From a virus (Duplodnaviria > Heunggongvirae > Uroviricota > Caudoviricetes), in IMG/VR virus record IMGVR_UViG_2778261393_000005, positions 1 through 37,935 of that record: a stretch of 37,935 nt of DNA; one strand, given 5' to 3'. A program made the translations under genes and the position numbers. Positions 15,891-25,441 of the stretch are shown piece after piece; positions within the stretch are counted from its first letter, which is position 1, and every line of letters starts with the position of its first letter. The notes below the pieces were generated by a model that saw only the letters and a program-made list of their open reading frames with translations, did not search any database and was not told the origin of the DNA.

Positions 15891-16350
15891 TCAACGTAAG
15901 GCGTTCCTCGATATGCTGGCGTGGTCAGAGGGGACTGATAACGGACGACAGAAAACCAGAAATCATGGTTATGACGTCATTGTTGGCGGAGAGCTATTCA
16001 CTGATTACTCCGATCACCCTCGCAAACTTGTCACGCTAAACCCCAAACTCAAATCAACAGCAGCAGGACGTTACCAGCTTCTTTCCCGTTGGTGGGATGC
16101 TTACCGTAAGCAGCTTGGCCTGAAAGACTTCTCTCCCAAAAGCCAGGATGCAGTTGCATTGCAGCAGATTAAAGAGCGTGGCGCTTTACCGATGATTGAT
16201 CGCGGTGATATCCGTCAGGCAATCGACCGTTGCAGCAATATCTGGGCTTCACTGCCGGGCGCTGGTTATGGTCAGTTCGAGCATAAGGCTGACAGCCTGA
16301 TTGCAAAATTTAAAGAAGCAGGCGGAACGGTCAGAGAGATTGAGGTATGA
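15874..16350 (+). CDS. R: Endolysin R (lytic transglycosylase)
   Basis: [49 protein letters not shown]..., recalled as lambda R. Confidence 0.9.
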   Translation: MVEINNQRKAFLDMLAWSEGTDNGRQKTRNHGYDVIVGGELFTDYSDHPRKLVTLNPKLKSTAAGRYQLLSRWWDAYRKQLGLKDFSPKSQDAVALQQIKERGALPMIDRGDIRQAIDRCSNIWASLPGAGYGQFEHKADSLIAKFKEAGGTVREIEV

Positions 16351-16784
16351 GCAGAGTAACCGCGATTATCTCCGCTCTGGTTATCTGCGTCATCGTCTGC
16401 CTGTCATGGGCTGTTAATCATTACCGTGATAACGCAATCGCCTACAAAGAGCAGCGCGATAAAGCCACATCCATCATCGCTGATATGCAGAAGCGTCAAC
16501 GTGATGTAGCAGAACTCGACGCCAGATACACAAAGGAGCTTGCTGATGCTAACGCGACTATCGAAAGTCTCCGTGCTGATGTTTCTGCTGGTCGTAAGCG
16601 CCTGCAAGTCGCCGCCACCTGTGCAAAGTCAACGACCGGAGCCAGCGGCATGGGCAATGGAGAAAGCCCAAGACTTACAGCAGATGCTGAACTCAATTAT
16701 TACCGTCTCCGAAGTGGAATCGACAAGATAACCGCGCAGGTTAACTACCTGCAGGAGTACATCAGGACGCAATGCCTTCGATGA
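16347..16784 (+). CDS. Rz: i-spanin Rz
   Basis: [39 protein letters not shown]...; N-terminal TM helix plus coiled-coil; Rz1 embedded in +1 frame. Confidence 0.8.
   Translation: MSRVTAIISALVICVIVCLSWAVNHYRDNAIAYKEQRDKATSIIADMQKRQRDVAELDARYTKELADANATIESLRADVSAGRKRLQVAATCAKSTTGASGMGNGESPRLTADAELNYYRLRSGIDKITAQVNYLQEYIRTQCLR
16540..16731 (+). CDS. Rz1: o-spanin Rz1 (lipoprotein embedded in Rz)
   Basis: Signal peptide with lipobox ...LLVVSAC, then Pro-rich [13 protein letters not shown]; fully inside Rz in another frame. Confidence 0.6.
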   Translation: MLMLTRLSKVSVLMFLLVVSACKSPPPVQSQRPEPAAWAMEKAQDLQQMLNSIITVSEVESTR

Positions 16785-16959
16785 TAGCGATAATTTTACT
16801 CATCATCCTTCACATCTGGCTCTGTAGACAGGGTGGTGATCACTTCTGGAGTGAATCCAGATTAAATATCTCATTGCTGATGCTTGATATTGAGCATCTT
16901 GCGCGCAGTAAGGGGCTGCGTTGAGATAAGAGCCAGTTCATTACAAATACCAGGATTTA

Positions 16960-16984
16960 GCCTCGCATTCGCGGGGCTTTTTAT
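16960..16984 (+). terminator. Candidate rho-independent terminator downstream of the lysis cassette
   Basis: GCCTCGC-attc-GCGGGGC (one G-U pair) followed by TTTTTATAT. Confidence 0.45.
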
Positions 16985-17126
16985 ATCTGAATTTCACAGC
17001 GCATCTCACGCGCATATTAACGAGAGCCTTTCAGTAAGCGAGCCTGAGAAATGCCGTTATAGGTGGCGACCTCTCTCGGGCGGCTTTTCTGTGAGACAGG
17101 CTCACTTTCTAAAAGGTAAAGACGCT

Positions 17127-17744
17127 ATGAATCATCAATTGGCTAATCTCGATTTCCGGGACATGGTGGTTGTTTCTGGTGATCGCGTGATCACAACCTC
17201 CCGCAAGGTAGCAGCTTACTTCGACAAGCAGCATCACCACATCATTCAGAAAATCGAAAAGCTAGACTGTTCGGATGAATTTCTAACCAGCAACTTTTCG
17301 CGGGTTACCTATGAACACAAGGGTAATCAGTATGTTGAATATGAAATTTCCAAAGACGGCGCGATGTACATCATCATGTCGTTTACCGGCAAAAAAGCTG
17401 CCGCCATCAAAGAGGCGTTTATCAAAGCATTTAATTGGATGCGTGACAGGCTGATGGAGATGGCTCACTCATACCAAAGAGAGCACAACGAGTTAATGCT
17501 GGAGTTCATGAAGGAAAAGGATGTTGCCAGTATGTCAGGACGCTTGCTGAACCGCTGGGGCAGGATCAAAAAACCGCAACTCATAGCAAGAATCGAAAGG
17601 CTTGAGCAGCAGGCGCAAATATCGATCCCCGGACTGCCAAAGCGACCATTCCAAAGCCCATCTACGGGTGGGCTTGATAATGAAACCGGAATTTATTCTG
17701 GGCAACCAGTTACGGCAGTACCGCGAAACAACCCAAGCCAGTAA
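17127..17744 (+). CDS. Rha-family phage regulatory protein
   Basis: MNHQLANLDFRDMVVVSGDRVITTSRKVAAYFDKQHHHIIQKIEKLDC...YIIMSFTGKKAAAIKEAFIKAFNWM; pattern typical of Rha as recalled; ORF-track upstream extension discounted. Confidence 0.6.
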   Translation: MNHQLANLDFRDMVVVSGDRVITTSRKVAAYFDKQHHHIIQKIEKLDCSDEFLTSNFSRVTYEHKGNQYVEYEISKDGAMYIIMSFTGKKAAAIKEAFIKAFNWMRDRLMEMAHSYQREHNELMLEFMKEKDVASMSGRLLNRWGRIKKPQLIARIERLEQQAQISIPGLPKRPFQSPSTGGLDNETGIYSGQPVTAVPRNNPSQ

Positions 17745-17870
17745 GTGGGGAAATAACACTGGCAGCCACTGAAAGATGAACCTCCAGCCTTATGGCAAAA
17801 AAGATTCTTTGTGGTGGCGGACTGATGGAAAGACATCCTAATCAAGCAACCACTCCACAGGGTCATAATT

Positions 17871-18242
17871 ATGAACGACCAGCAAATCGAAAAAGAAATC
17901 GTTGAGAAAGGCAAAACGGCACCGCGCGTTACGCCAGACCATATCGAAGGAATTATTGCTCAGGAGGCATATTTCACAGCAGAGGATGGTGCCTTTGGCA
18001 AAGCCATAAAAGCGAAACATACTGGCGGAGAGGTAAACTACCAGCCGCACGAATCACTTTCTCTGCTGACGTTCTGCGTCCTGGTGCTGCGCAACGGCTT
18101 CACCGTCACCGGAGAGAGTGCCTGTGCAAGCCCGGAAAACTTTGATGCAGAAATTGGTCGGAAGATTGCCCGGCAAAATGCTGTAAACAAAATCTGGATG
18201 CTCGAAGGTTACTTGCTGAAGCAGAAGCTAAGCGAACAGTAG
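17871..18242 (+). CDS. Hypothetical protein, possibly N4 gp49 / Sf6 gene 66 family
   Basis: 123 aa; position just before terS as in Sf6-type genomes; family assignment from memory, low certainty. Confidence 0.45.
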   Translation: MNDQQIEKEIVEKGKTAPRVTPDHIEGIIAQEAYFTAEDGAFGKAIKAKHTGGEVNYQPHESLSLLTFCVLVLRNGFTVTGESACASPENFDAEIGRKIARQNAVNKIWMLEGYLLKQKLSEQ

Positions 18243-18345
18243 TTATTACAAAAGCCATTCCCTACAGAGTGGCTTTGATAATGACTTATACCCTACACGG
18301 GATAACTTAACTGATATCCCTTTTAACGGATAAACGGAGCCAACA

Positions 18346-18588
18346 ATGGCAGAGATTATTCCCATGACTGAAGAACAGAAATTCCAGTTAGAGATTTACA
18401 AACTGGTCATGAACCAGAACGCAGCCGCAGAAGAAGCATTTCAATTCATTGGCACTGACGAGCTGAAGCTTGAGCTATTCAAAATTCACTTCCAGTCAGG
18501 TGGCGCTAATTCAGATATCACGACCCGCACTATCGAAGCGGTGCGTAAATCGAAGGAAGCGTTAGACCTGTTCACCACCGGAGCATAA
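18346..18588 (+). CDS. Hypothetical protein, 80 aa
   Basis: ORF immediately upstream of terS; no family recognised. Confidence 0.4.
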   Translation: MAEIIPMTEEQKFQLEIYKLVMNQNAAAEEAFQFIGTDELKLELFKIHFQSGGANSDITTRTIEAVRKSKEALDLFTTGA

Positions 18589-18590
18589 AT

Positions 18591-19031
18591 ATGGCGCGCC
18601 CAACGAAGTATCAAGAGGCGTATGCCGAACAGGCACGCAAACTGTGCTTGCTGGGCTATACAGACGCCGAACTCGCGGACTTCTTTGAAGTGAGCGAGGC
18701 AACAATCAACAATTGGAAATTGGAATATCCGGAGTTTTTAGAGTCCATAAAAAAGGGTAAGGCCGTCGCTGATGCAGAAGTTAGTGATCGTCTTTATCAA
18801 CGCGCTATGGGCTTCGTGGCTCCAGACATCGATATTCGTGTTATTGAAAACAGAATTGTCGAAACTCCGCTTGAGAAGTATTACCCGCCTGATACAACCG
18901 CCGCCATCTTCTGGCTTAAGAACCGACAGAAGGATAAATGGCGCGACAAGGTTGATCACGAGCTAACAGGCAAAGACGGCGGCGCAATTCAGATTGAAAC
19001 ATCACCGATGAGCACTCTATTCGGAAAATGA
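18591..19031 (+). CDS. Terminase small subunit
   Basis: 146 aa; GGAG SD; HTH-like N-terminus (LLGYTDAELADFFEVSEATINNWK); ATGA-coupled to terL. Confidence 0.6.
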   Translation: MARPTKYQEAYAEQARKLCLLGYTDAELADFFEVSEATINNWKLEYPEFLESIKKGKAVADAEVSDRLYQRAMGFVAPDIDIRVIENRIVETPLEKYYPPDTTAAIFWLKNRQKDKWRDKVDHELTGKDGGAIQIETSPMSTLFGK

Positions 19032-20440
19032 CCTCGATTAATCCTATCTTTGAACCGTTCATTGAGGCGCATCGCTACAAAGTTGCCAAAGGCGGTCGAG
19101 GTAGCGGTAAGTCATGGGCAATTGCGAGGCTGCTTGTTGAAGCGGCGCGTCGGCAGCCTGTGCGTATTCTCTGCGCTCGTGAACTGCAAAACAGTATCAG
19201 CGATTCGGTAATCCGGTTGCTTGAAGATACCATCGAGCGTGAAGGGTATTCGGCTGAGTTTGAAATTCAGCGTTCAATGATTCGTCATCTCGGAACGAAT
19301 GCTGAATTCATGTTCTACGGCATCAAAAACAACCCGACGAAGATTAAATCGCTCGAAGGTATTGATATCTGCTGGGTGGAAGAAGCGGAGGCGGTAACGA
19401 AGGAATCATGGGATATCCTGATACCAACCATCCGTAAGCCGTTCTCTGAAATATGGGTGAGCTTTAACCCGAAGAACATCCTCGACGATACCTATCAGCG
19501 ATTCGTCGTAAATCCTCCCGATGATATTTGCCTGCTGACGGTGAACTACACCGACAACCCGCACTTTCCTGAAGTTCTCCGTCTGGAGATGGAAGAGTGC
19601 AAACGCAGAAATCCGACACTGTATCGTCATATCTGGCTTGGTGAGCCAGTAAGCGCAAGTGATATGGCAATCATCAAACGTGAATGGCTTGAAGCTGCAA
19701 CCGATGCGCACAAGAAACTCGGATGGAAAGCGAAAGGCGCGGTTGTTTCTGCACATGACCCGTCAGATACAGGGCCAGATGCTAAAGGTTACGCATCGCG
19801 TCACGGTTCGGTAGTTAAGCGCATTGCCGAAGGTCTGCTGATGGACATCAACGAGGGTGCTGACTGGGCTACTTCGCTGGCGATTGAAGACGGCGCTGAC
19901 CATTACCTGTGGGATGGTGATGGTGTTGGTGCCGGGCTACGCAGACAGACAACGGAAGCGTTCTCCGGCAAGAAAATCACCGCCACGATGTTCAAGGGCA
20001 GCGAATCGCCATTCGATGAAGATGCGCCATATCAGGCCGGAGCATGGGCTGATGAAGTCGTACAGGGCGACAATGTTCGCACTATTGGCGATGTATTCCG
20101 CAATAAGCGAGCGCAATTCTATTACGCGCTGGCTGACAGGCTGTATCTGACATATCGGGCGGTTGTTCACGGTGAGTATGCAGACCCAGACGACATGCTG
20201 AGTTTCGACAAAGAAGCGATAGGCGAGAAGATGCTGGAGAAGCTGTTTGCAGAACTGACGCAGATTCAGCGCAAATTCAATAATAACGGGAAGCTGGAGC
20301 TTATGACTAAGGTCGAAATGAAGCAGAAGCTCGGTATTCCATCTCCTAACCTGGCTGATGCGCTGATGATGTGTATGCATTGCCCGGCATTGGTCCGCGA
20401 AGAAACAGAAATATACGTTCCCTCATCCTCCGGTTGGTAA
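19028..20440 (+). CDS. Terminase large subunit (Sf6 gp2-like ATPase/nuclease)
   Basis: 470 aa; Walker A KGGRGSGKS; Walker B-like DICWVEEAE; same length as Sf6 TerL. Confidence 0.9.
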   Translation: MTSINPIFEPFIEAHRYKVAKGGRGSGKSWAIARLLVEAARRQPVRILCARELQNSISDSVIRLLEDTIEREGYSAEFEIQRSMIRHLGTNAEFMFYGIKNNPTKIKSLEGIDICWVEEAEAVTKESWDILIPTIRKPFSEIWVSFNPKNILDDTYQRFVVNPPDDICLLTVNYTDNPHFPEVLRLEMEECKRRNPTLYRHIWLGEPVSASDMAIIKREWLEAATDAHKKLGWKAKGAVVSAHDPSDTGPDAKGYASRHGSVVKRIAEGLLMDINEGADWATSLAIEDGADHYLWDGDGVGAGLRRQTTEAFSGKKITATMFKGSESPFDEDAPYQAGAWADEVVQGDNVRTIGDVFRNKRAQFYYALADRLYLTYRAVVHGEYADPDDMLSFDKEAIGEKMLEKLFAELTQIQRKFNNNGKLELMTKVEMKQKLGIPSPNLADALMMCMHCPALVREETEIYVPSSSGW

Positions 20441-20442
20441 AC

Positions 20443-22569
20443 ATGGCAGAGACATTAGAGAAAAAACATGAGCGGATCATGCTCAGGTTTGACCGCGCCT
20501 ATTCTCCACAGAAGGAAGTGCGCGAAAAGTGCATTGAAGCTACGAGGTTTGCTCGTGTCCCCGGAGGTCAATGGGAAGGAGCAACGGCGGCTGGAACTAA
20601 GCTTGATGAGCAGTTCGAGAAGTATCCTAAGTTTGAAATCAATAAGGTAGCAACTGAACTTAACCGCATCATTGCAGAATACCGCAATAACAGAATCACC
20701 GTTAAGTTTCGTCCTGGTGACAGAGAGGCAAGCGAAGAGTTAGCCAATAAATTAAATGGTCTGTTCCGTGCTGACTACGAAGAAACTGATGGCGGTGAGG
20801 CTTGCGATAATGCATTTGACGACGCTGCTACTGGTGGTTTCGGTTGCTTCCGTTTGACGTCGATGCTGGTCAATGAATACGACCCCATGGACGATCGTCA
20901 GCGTATTGCTATTGAACCAATATACGACCCGTCGCGCTCTGTGTGGTTTGACCCTGACGCTAAGAAGTACGACAAATCTGACGCGTTGTGGGCGTTCTGT
21001 ATGTATTCGTTGTCACCTGAAAAATATGAGGCTGAATACGGAAAGAAACCTCCTACTTCTCTGGATGTAACGTCTATGACCAGTTGGGAATATAACTGGT
21101 TTGGTGCAGATGTTATTTACATAGCGAAGTATTACGAAGTTCGTAAAGAGTCTGTTGACGTCATCAGTTATCGACATCCAATCACTGGAGAGATTGCAAC
21201 ATACGACAGTGATCAGGTTGAAGATATTGAAGATGAACTGGCAATAGCTGGATTTCAGGAAGTGGCAAGGCGCTCAGTGAAGCGCCGTCGTGTGTATGTA
21301 TCCGTAGTGGATGGTGATGGTTTCCTTGAGAAACCTCGACGTATTCCTGGTGAGCATATCCCCCTCATCCCGGTTTATGGAAAACGCTGGTTCATTGATG
21401 ACATTGAGCGTGTCGAAGGGCACATTGCAAAAGCAATGGATCCACAGCGTTTGTACAACCTTCAGGTTTCAATGCTGGCTGATACTGCAGCGCAAGACCC
21501 CGGTCAGATCCCTATAGTTGGCATGGAGCAAATTCGTGGACTTGAGAAGCACTGGGAGGCTCGCAACAAGAAACGCCCAGCGTTCTTGCCGTTGCGCGAA
21601 GTGAGAGATAAATCTGGCAACATTATCGCTGGAGCTACCCCGGCAGGATATACACAGCCTGCGGTTATGAATCAGGCATTGGCTGCATTACTACAGCAAA
21701 CCAGTGCTGATATTCAGGAGGTTACAGGCGGCAGTCAGGCCATGCAGCAGATGCCAAGTAATATTGCTCAGGAAACGGTTAACAACTTGATGAACAGAGC
21801 AGATATGGCTTCGTTTATCTATCTGGACAATATGGCGAAAAGTCTTAAACGCGCTGGTGAAGTATGGCTGTCAATGGCGCGTGAAGTGTACGGTTCAGAA
21901 CGTGAAGTGCGCATCGTTAACGAAGATGGAAGTGATGATATCGCTGTCCTGAGCGCACAGGTTGTTGACAGGCAAACAGGGGCTGTTGTTGCGTTAAATG
22001 ACCTTTCTGTCGGTCGATACGATGTGACGGTTGATGTTGGACCAAGCTACACAGCACGACGTGATGCAACGGTTTCTGTACTGACAAATGTCCTTAGCTC
22101 TATGCTTCCAACAGACCCAATGCGCCAGGCAATTCAGGGTATTATTCTGGACAATATCGATGGCGAAGGCCTTGATGACTTCAAAGAGTACAACCGAAAC
22201 CAACTGCTGATATCTGGTATTGCAAAACCACGCAATGAGAAAGAGCAGCAGATTGTTCAACAGGCGCAAATGGCAGCACAAAGCCAGCCAAATCCTGAAA
22301 TGGTTCTCGCTCAGGCGCAAATGGTAGCAGCGCAGGCAGAAGCGCAAAAAGCAACTAACGAAACCGCTCAAACTCAAATCAAAGCATTTACTGCCCAGCA
22401 GGATGCGATGGAGAGTCAGGCAAACACTGTCTATAAACTGGCTCAAGCCAGAAACATCGATGACAAAGCAGTGATGGAGGCAATACGCCTTCTGAAAGAT
22501 GTCGCCGAGTCACAACAACAGCAATTCCAGTCACCACCACAGTCACCGGCAGACTTAATGCCGAGTTAA
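20443..22569 (+). CDS. Portal protein (P22 gp1 / Sf6 gp3-like)
   Basis: About 708 aa from MAETLEKK; ...KRRRVYVSVVDGDGFLEKPRRIPGEHIPLIPVYGKRWF... resembles recalled P22 portal (RRRVYKSII...GEHIPIVPVFG); Gln-rich C-terminal helix. Confidence 0.85.
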   Translation: MAETLEKKHERIMLRFDRAYSPQKEVREKCIEATRFARVPGGQWEGATAAGTKLDEQFEKYPKFEINKVATELNRIIAEYRNNRITVKFRPGDREASEELANKLNGLFRADYEETDGGEACDNAFDDAATGGFGCFRLTSMLVNEYDPMDDRQRIAIEPIYDPSRSVWFDPDAKKYDKSDALWAFCMYSLSPEKYEAEYGKKPPTSLDVTSMTSWEYNWFGADVIYIAKYYEVRKESVDVISYRHPITGEIATYDSDQVEDIEDELAIAGFQEVARRSVKRRRVYVSVVDGDGFLEKPRRIPGEHIPLIPVYGKRWFIDDIERVEGHIAKAMDPQRLYNLQVSMLADTAAQDPGQIPIVGMEQIRGLEKHWEARNKKRPAFLPLREVRDKSGNIIAGATPAGYTQPAVMNQALAALLQQTSADIQEVTGGSQAMQQMPSNIAQETVNNLMNRADMASFIYLDNMAKSLKRAGEVWLSMAREVYGSEREVRIVNEDGSDDIAVLSAQVVDRQTGAVVALNDLSVGRYDVTVDVGPSYTARRDATVSVLTNVLSSMLPTDPMRQAIQGIILDNIDGEGLDDFKEYNRNQLLISGIAKPRNEKEQQIVQQAQMAAQSQPNPEMVLAQAQMVAAQAEAQKATNETAQTQIKAFTAQQDAMESQANTVYKLAQARNIDDKAVMEAIRLLKDVAESQQQQFQSPPQSPADLMPS

Positions 22570-22582
22570 CCAGGAGTAATCA

Positions 22583-23467
22583 ATGGAAAACGAACTGATC
22601 ATCGACGGTCAGGTTATTGACCTGTCTGAAACACAGGAAAATGCAGAAGAAACCATCATCCAAACAGAGTCACAGCCTGAGAATGAAAGCCAGGATGACA
22701 ACGGAAAAGAGATGGCAACTGATCCTGAAAAAACCGAAGAGACACCAGAAGATTACGCCTTGCGTATTGGTGATGAAGAAATTCAGCTTAACGCTGACGA
22801 TGATGATCACATTGACGGGCAACCTGCACCGCAATGGGTGAAAGATCTTCGCAAAGGCTTCAAAGAAACACAGAAAGAAAACCGTGAGTTGCGCCGCCAG
22901 CTTGAGGAAGCATTAGCCAAGCCTGCGGAACATCAGCAACCACAACCAGACGCTATTCCACCAAAACCGACTCTTGAGTCGTGTGATTATGACGAACAGG
23001 CGTTTGAACAGGCATTGACTGATTGGCATGAGAAAAAAGGCCGTGTCGAACAGCAGCAGCAACAAAAACTACGTCAGCAACAGGAATACCAACAGCGTTT
23101 CCAGCAAAGGGTAGAAGCGCATAAACAACGGGCAGCCAAACTTCCTGTGAAAGATTATCAGGAAATGGAGGCCATTGTTCTTAGTGAGCTACCACCAATT
23201 CAGCAGGAAATCATCATTCACTGTGCAGACGAAGGCTCTGAACTACTCGCCTATGGCTTAGGTAAGAGCCAGCAATTACGCCAGCGTGTAGCCGCTGAGA
23301 CAGATCCAATTCGCGCAGCATTCCTCTTGGGGCAGATTAGCAAACAGGTAAGCCTTGCTCCAAAACCAAAGAAAGCCATCAAGCCAGAGCCGGAAGTACG
23401 TGGTGGCGGTGCTGATGCGAAACAAGACGAATTCAACAAATTATGCCCCGGCGCAAAAATCGAATAA
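22583..23467 (+). CDS. Scaffolding protein
   Basis: 294 aa acidic, Gln-rich coiled-coil protein between portal and coat; AGGAG SD. Confidence 0.7.
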   Translation: MENELIIDGQVIDLSETQENAEETIIQTESQPENESQDDNGKEMATDPEKTEETPEDYALRIGDEEIQLNADDDDHIDGQPAPQWVKDLRKGFKETQKENRELRRQLEEALAKPAEHQQPQPDAIPPKPTLESCDYDEQAFEQALTDWHEKKGRVEQQQQQKLRQQQEYQQRFQQRVEAHKQRAAKLPVKDYQEMEAIVLSELPPIQQEIIIHCADEGSELLAYGLGKSQQLRQRVAAETDPIRAAFLLGQISKQVSLAPKPKKAIKPEPEVRGGGADAKQDEFNKLCPGAKIE

Positions 23468-23478
23468 GGAAAAGATAA

Positions 23479-24750
23479 ATGCCTAACAATCTCGACAGTA
23501 ACGTCAGTCAAATCGTTCTGAAAAAATTCCTTCCGGGTTTTATGTCAGATTTAGTTCTGGCGAAAACCGTAGACCGTCAGTTGCTGGCAGGTGAAATCAA
23601 CTCCAGCACTGGCGATAGCGTTAGCTTTAAACGTCCGCATCAATTCTCATCCCTCCGTACTCCCACTGGTGATATTTCAGGGCAAAATAAAAACAACCTG
23701 ATCTCAGGTAAAGCTACGGGGCGTGTAGGTAACTACATCACTGTTGCTGTTGAATATCAGCAACTGGAGGAAGCGATCAAGCTTAACCAACTGGAAGAAA
23801 TTCTCGCGCCGGTTCGCCAGCGAATCGTTACCGACCTTGAAACAGAGCTTGCTCACTTCATGATGAATAACGGTGCGTTGTCACTTGGTAGCCCCAATAC
23901 TCCAATCACCAAATGGTCTGATGTTGCGCAGACGGCATCTTTCCTGAAAGACCTAGGCGTTAATGAAGGTGAAAACTATGCTGTAATGGATCCATGGTCT
24001 GCACAGCGACTTGCTGATGCGCAGACTGGTTTGCACGCTTCAGATCAATTGGTTCGTACTGCATGGGAGAATGCGCAGATTCCAACCAATTTTGGCGGCA
24101 TTCGCGCACTGATGTCTAATGGGCTTGCCTCTCGTACGCAGGGGGCATTTGGCGGAACACTGACAGTCAAAACACAGCCAACTGTTACCTATAACGCAGT
24201 TAAAGACTCATACCAGTTCACTGTAACATTGACCGGAGCGACAGCCAGCGTTACAGGTTTTCTGAAAGCTGGTGATCAGGTTAAATTCACCAATACCTAC
24301 TGGCTGCAACAGCAGACCAAACAGGCGTTGTATAACGGAGCCACACCAATTAGCTTCACTGCAACGGTTACTGCTGATGCTAATTCAGACAGCAGTGGCG
24401 ATGTGACGGTTACGCTTTCTGGAGTTCCGATTTATGACACTACAAACCCGCAGTACAACTCTGTAAGTCGTCAGGTGGCGGCAGGCGATGCCGTATCTGT
24501 GGTAGGCACTGCTAGCCAGACAATGAAGCCCAACCTGTTCTATAACAAGTTCTTCTGTGGCCTTGGCTCTATCCCACTACCGAAACTGCACAGTATTGAT
24601 TCTGCTGTTGCAACATATGAAGGTTTCTCCATCCGCGTACATAAATACGCAGATGGCGATGCCAACGTGCAAAAAATGCGCTTCGACTTACTGCCTGCAT
24701 ATGTGTGCTTTAACCCTCACATGGGCGGTCAGTTCTTCGGTAATCCGTAA
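23479..24750 (+). CDS. Major capsid (coat) protein
   Basis: 423 aa (Sf6 coat length); strong SD; followed by a strong intrinsic terminator. Confidence 0.8.
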   Translation: MPNNLDSNVSQIVLKKFLPGFMSDLVLAKTVDRQLLAGEINSSTGDSVSFKRPHQFSSLRTPTGDISGQNKNNLISGKATGRVGNYITVAVEYQQLEEAIKLNQLEEILAPVRQRIVTDLETELAHFMMNNGALSLGSPNTPITKWSDVAQTASFLKDLGVNEGENYAVMDPWSAQRLADAQTGLHASDQLVRTAWENAQIPTNFGGIRALMSNGLASRTQGAFGGTLTVKTQPTVTYNAVKDSYQFTVTLTGATASVTGFLKAGDQVKFTNTYWLQQQTKQALYNGATPISFTATVTADANSDSSGDVTVTLSGVPIYDTTNPQYNSVSRQVAAGDAVSVVGTASQTMKPNLFYNKFFCGLGSIPLPKLHSIDSAVATYEGFSIRVHKYADGDANVQKMRFDLLPAYVCFNPHMGGQFFGNP

Positions 24751-24753
24751 TAA

Positions 24754-24779
24754 CAAGGGGCTTCCGCCCCTTTTGTTTT
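24754..24779 (+). terminator. Rho-independent terminator after the coat gene
   Basis: AAGGGGCTTCCGCCCCTT followed by TTGTTTT. Confidence 0.7.
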
Positions 24780-24790
24780 AAGGAAACAAT

Positions 24791-24976
24791 ATGGATCGCA
24801 TGAGTGTATTCCTTGCCGCAGATAACGAATCCGGGCATGTGCAGGCCGTTATCGCAGAAAAAGACTTCCAGTTTTTCGAAAAGTTGGGCTTTGTTGCCTC
24901 AGTTGATGAATTGAAACCGACCAGTAAGCGAGGTCGTAAGGCGGCAGACAATGGCAACAGTACTGACAAAGGGTGA
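24791..24976 (+). CDS. Hypothetical small protein, 61 aa
   Basis: ORF MDRMSVFLAADNESGHVQAVIAEKDFQFFEKLGF...; overlaps the gp4-like start by 26 nt; weakly supported. Confidence 0.3.
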   Translation: MDRMSVFLAADNESGHVQAVIAEKDFQFFEKLGFVASVDELKPTSKRGRKAADNGNSTDKG

Positions 24977-25433
24977 GATCGTCCTTTTTGCGCTTCGTAA
25001 GTTTGCTATTGCTTCTAATGCATCGCTGACTGAGGTTGAGCCGCAATCAATTGAAGATGGTGTAAATGATCTGGAAGATATGATGTCCGAGTGGATGATT
25101 AACCCCGGCGACATTGGTTACGCTTTCGCAACTGGAGATGAGCAGCCATTACCAGATGATGAGTCTGGTCTTCCAAGAAAATACAAACACGCAGTAGGCT
25201 ATCAGTTATTGCTGAGAATGCTATCTGATTACAGCCTTGAACCAACTCCGCAAGTTCTCAGTAACGCCCAACGCTCATTTGATGCCTTGATGACCGACAC
25301 TCTGGTTGTTCCTTCAATGCGACGACGTGGAGATTTTCCTGTAGGACAGGGTAATAAATATGACGTGTTCACATCTGACCGATATTATCCAGGCGATCTC
25401 CCTCTGATTGATGGCGATATCCCAAACGCATAG
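24951..25433 (+). CDS. Head-to-tail adaptor / tail accessory factor (P22 gp4-like)
   Basis: ...LTKGEIVLFALRKFAIASNASLTEVEPQSIEDGVNDLEDMMSEW... resembles recalled P22 gp4 ([42 protein letters not shown]). Confidence 0.7.
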   Translation: MATVLTKGEIVLFALRKFAIASNASLTEVEPQSIEDGVNDLEDMMSEWMINPGDIGYAFATGDEQPLPDDESGLPRKYKHAVGYQLLLRMLSDYSLEPTPQVLSNAQRSFDALMTDTLVVPSMRRRGDFPVGQGNKYDVFTSDRYYPGDLPLIDGDIPNA

Positions 25434-25441
25434 GTGAATAA

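Noticed and set aside
19406-22446. Minus-strand ORFs inside terL and portal (19406..19756, 19937..20380, 21994..22446)
   Set aside because: Embedded antisense in well-supported structural genes; no independent signals.
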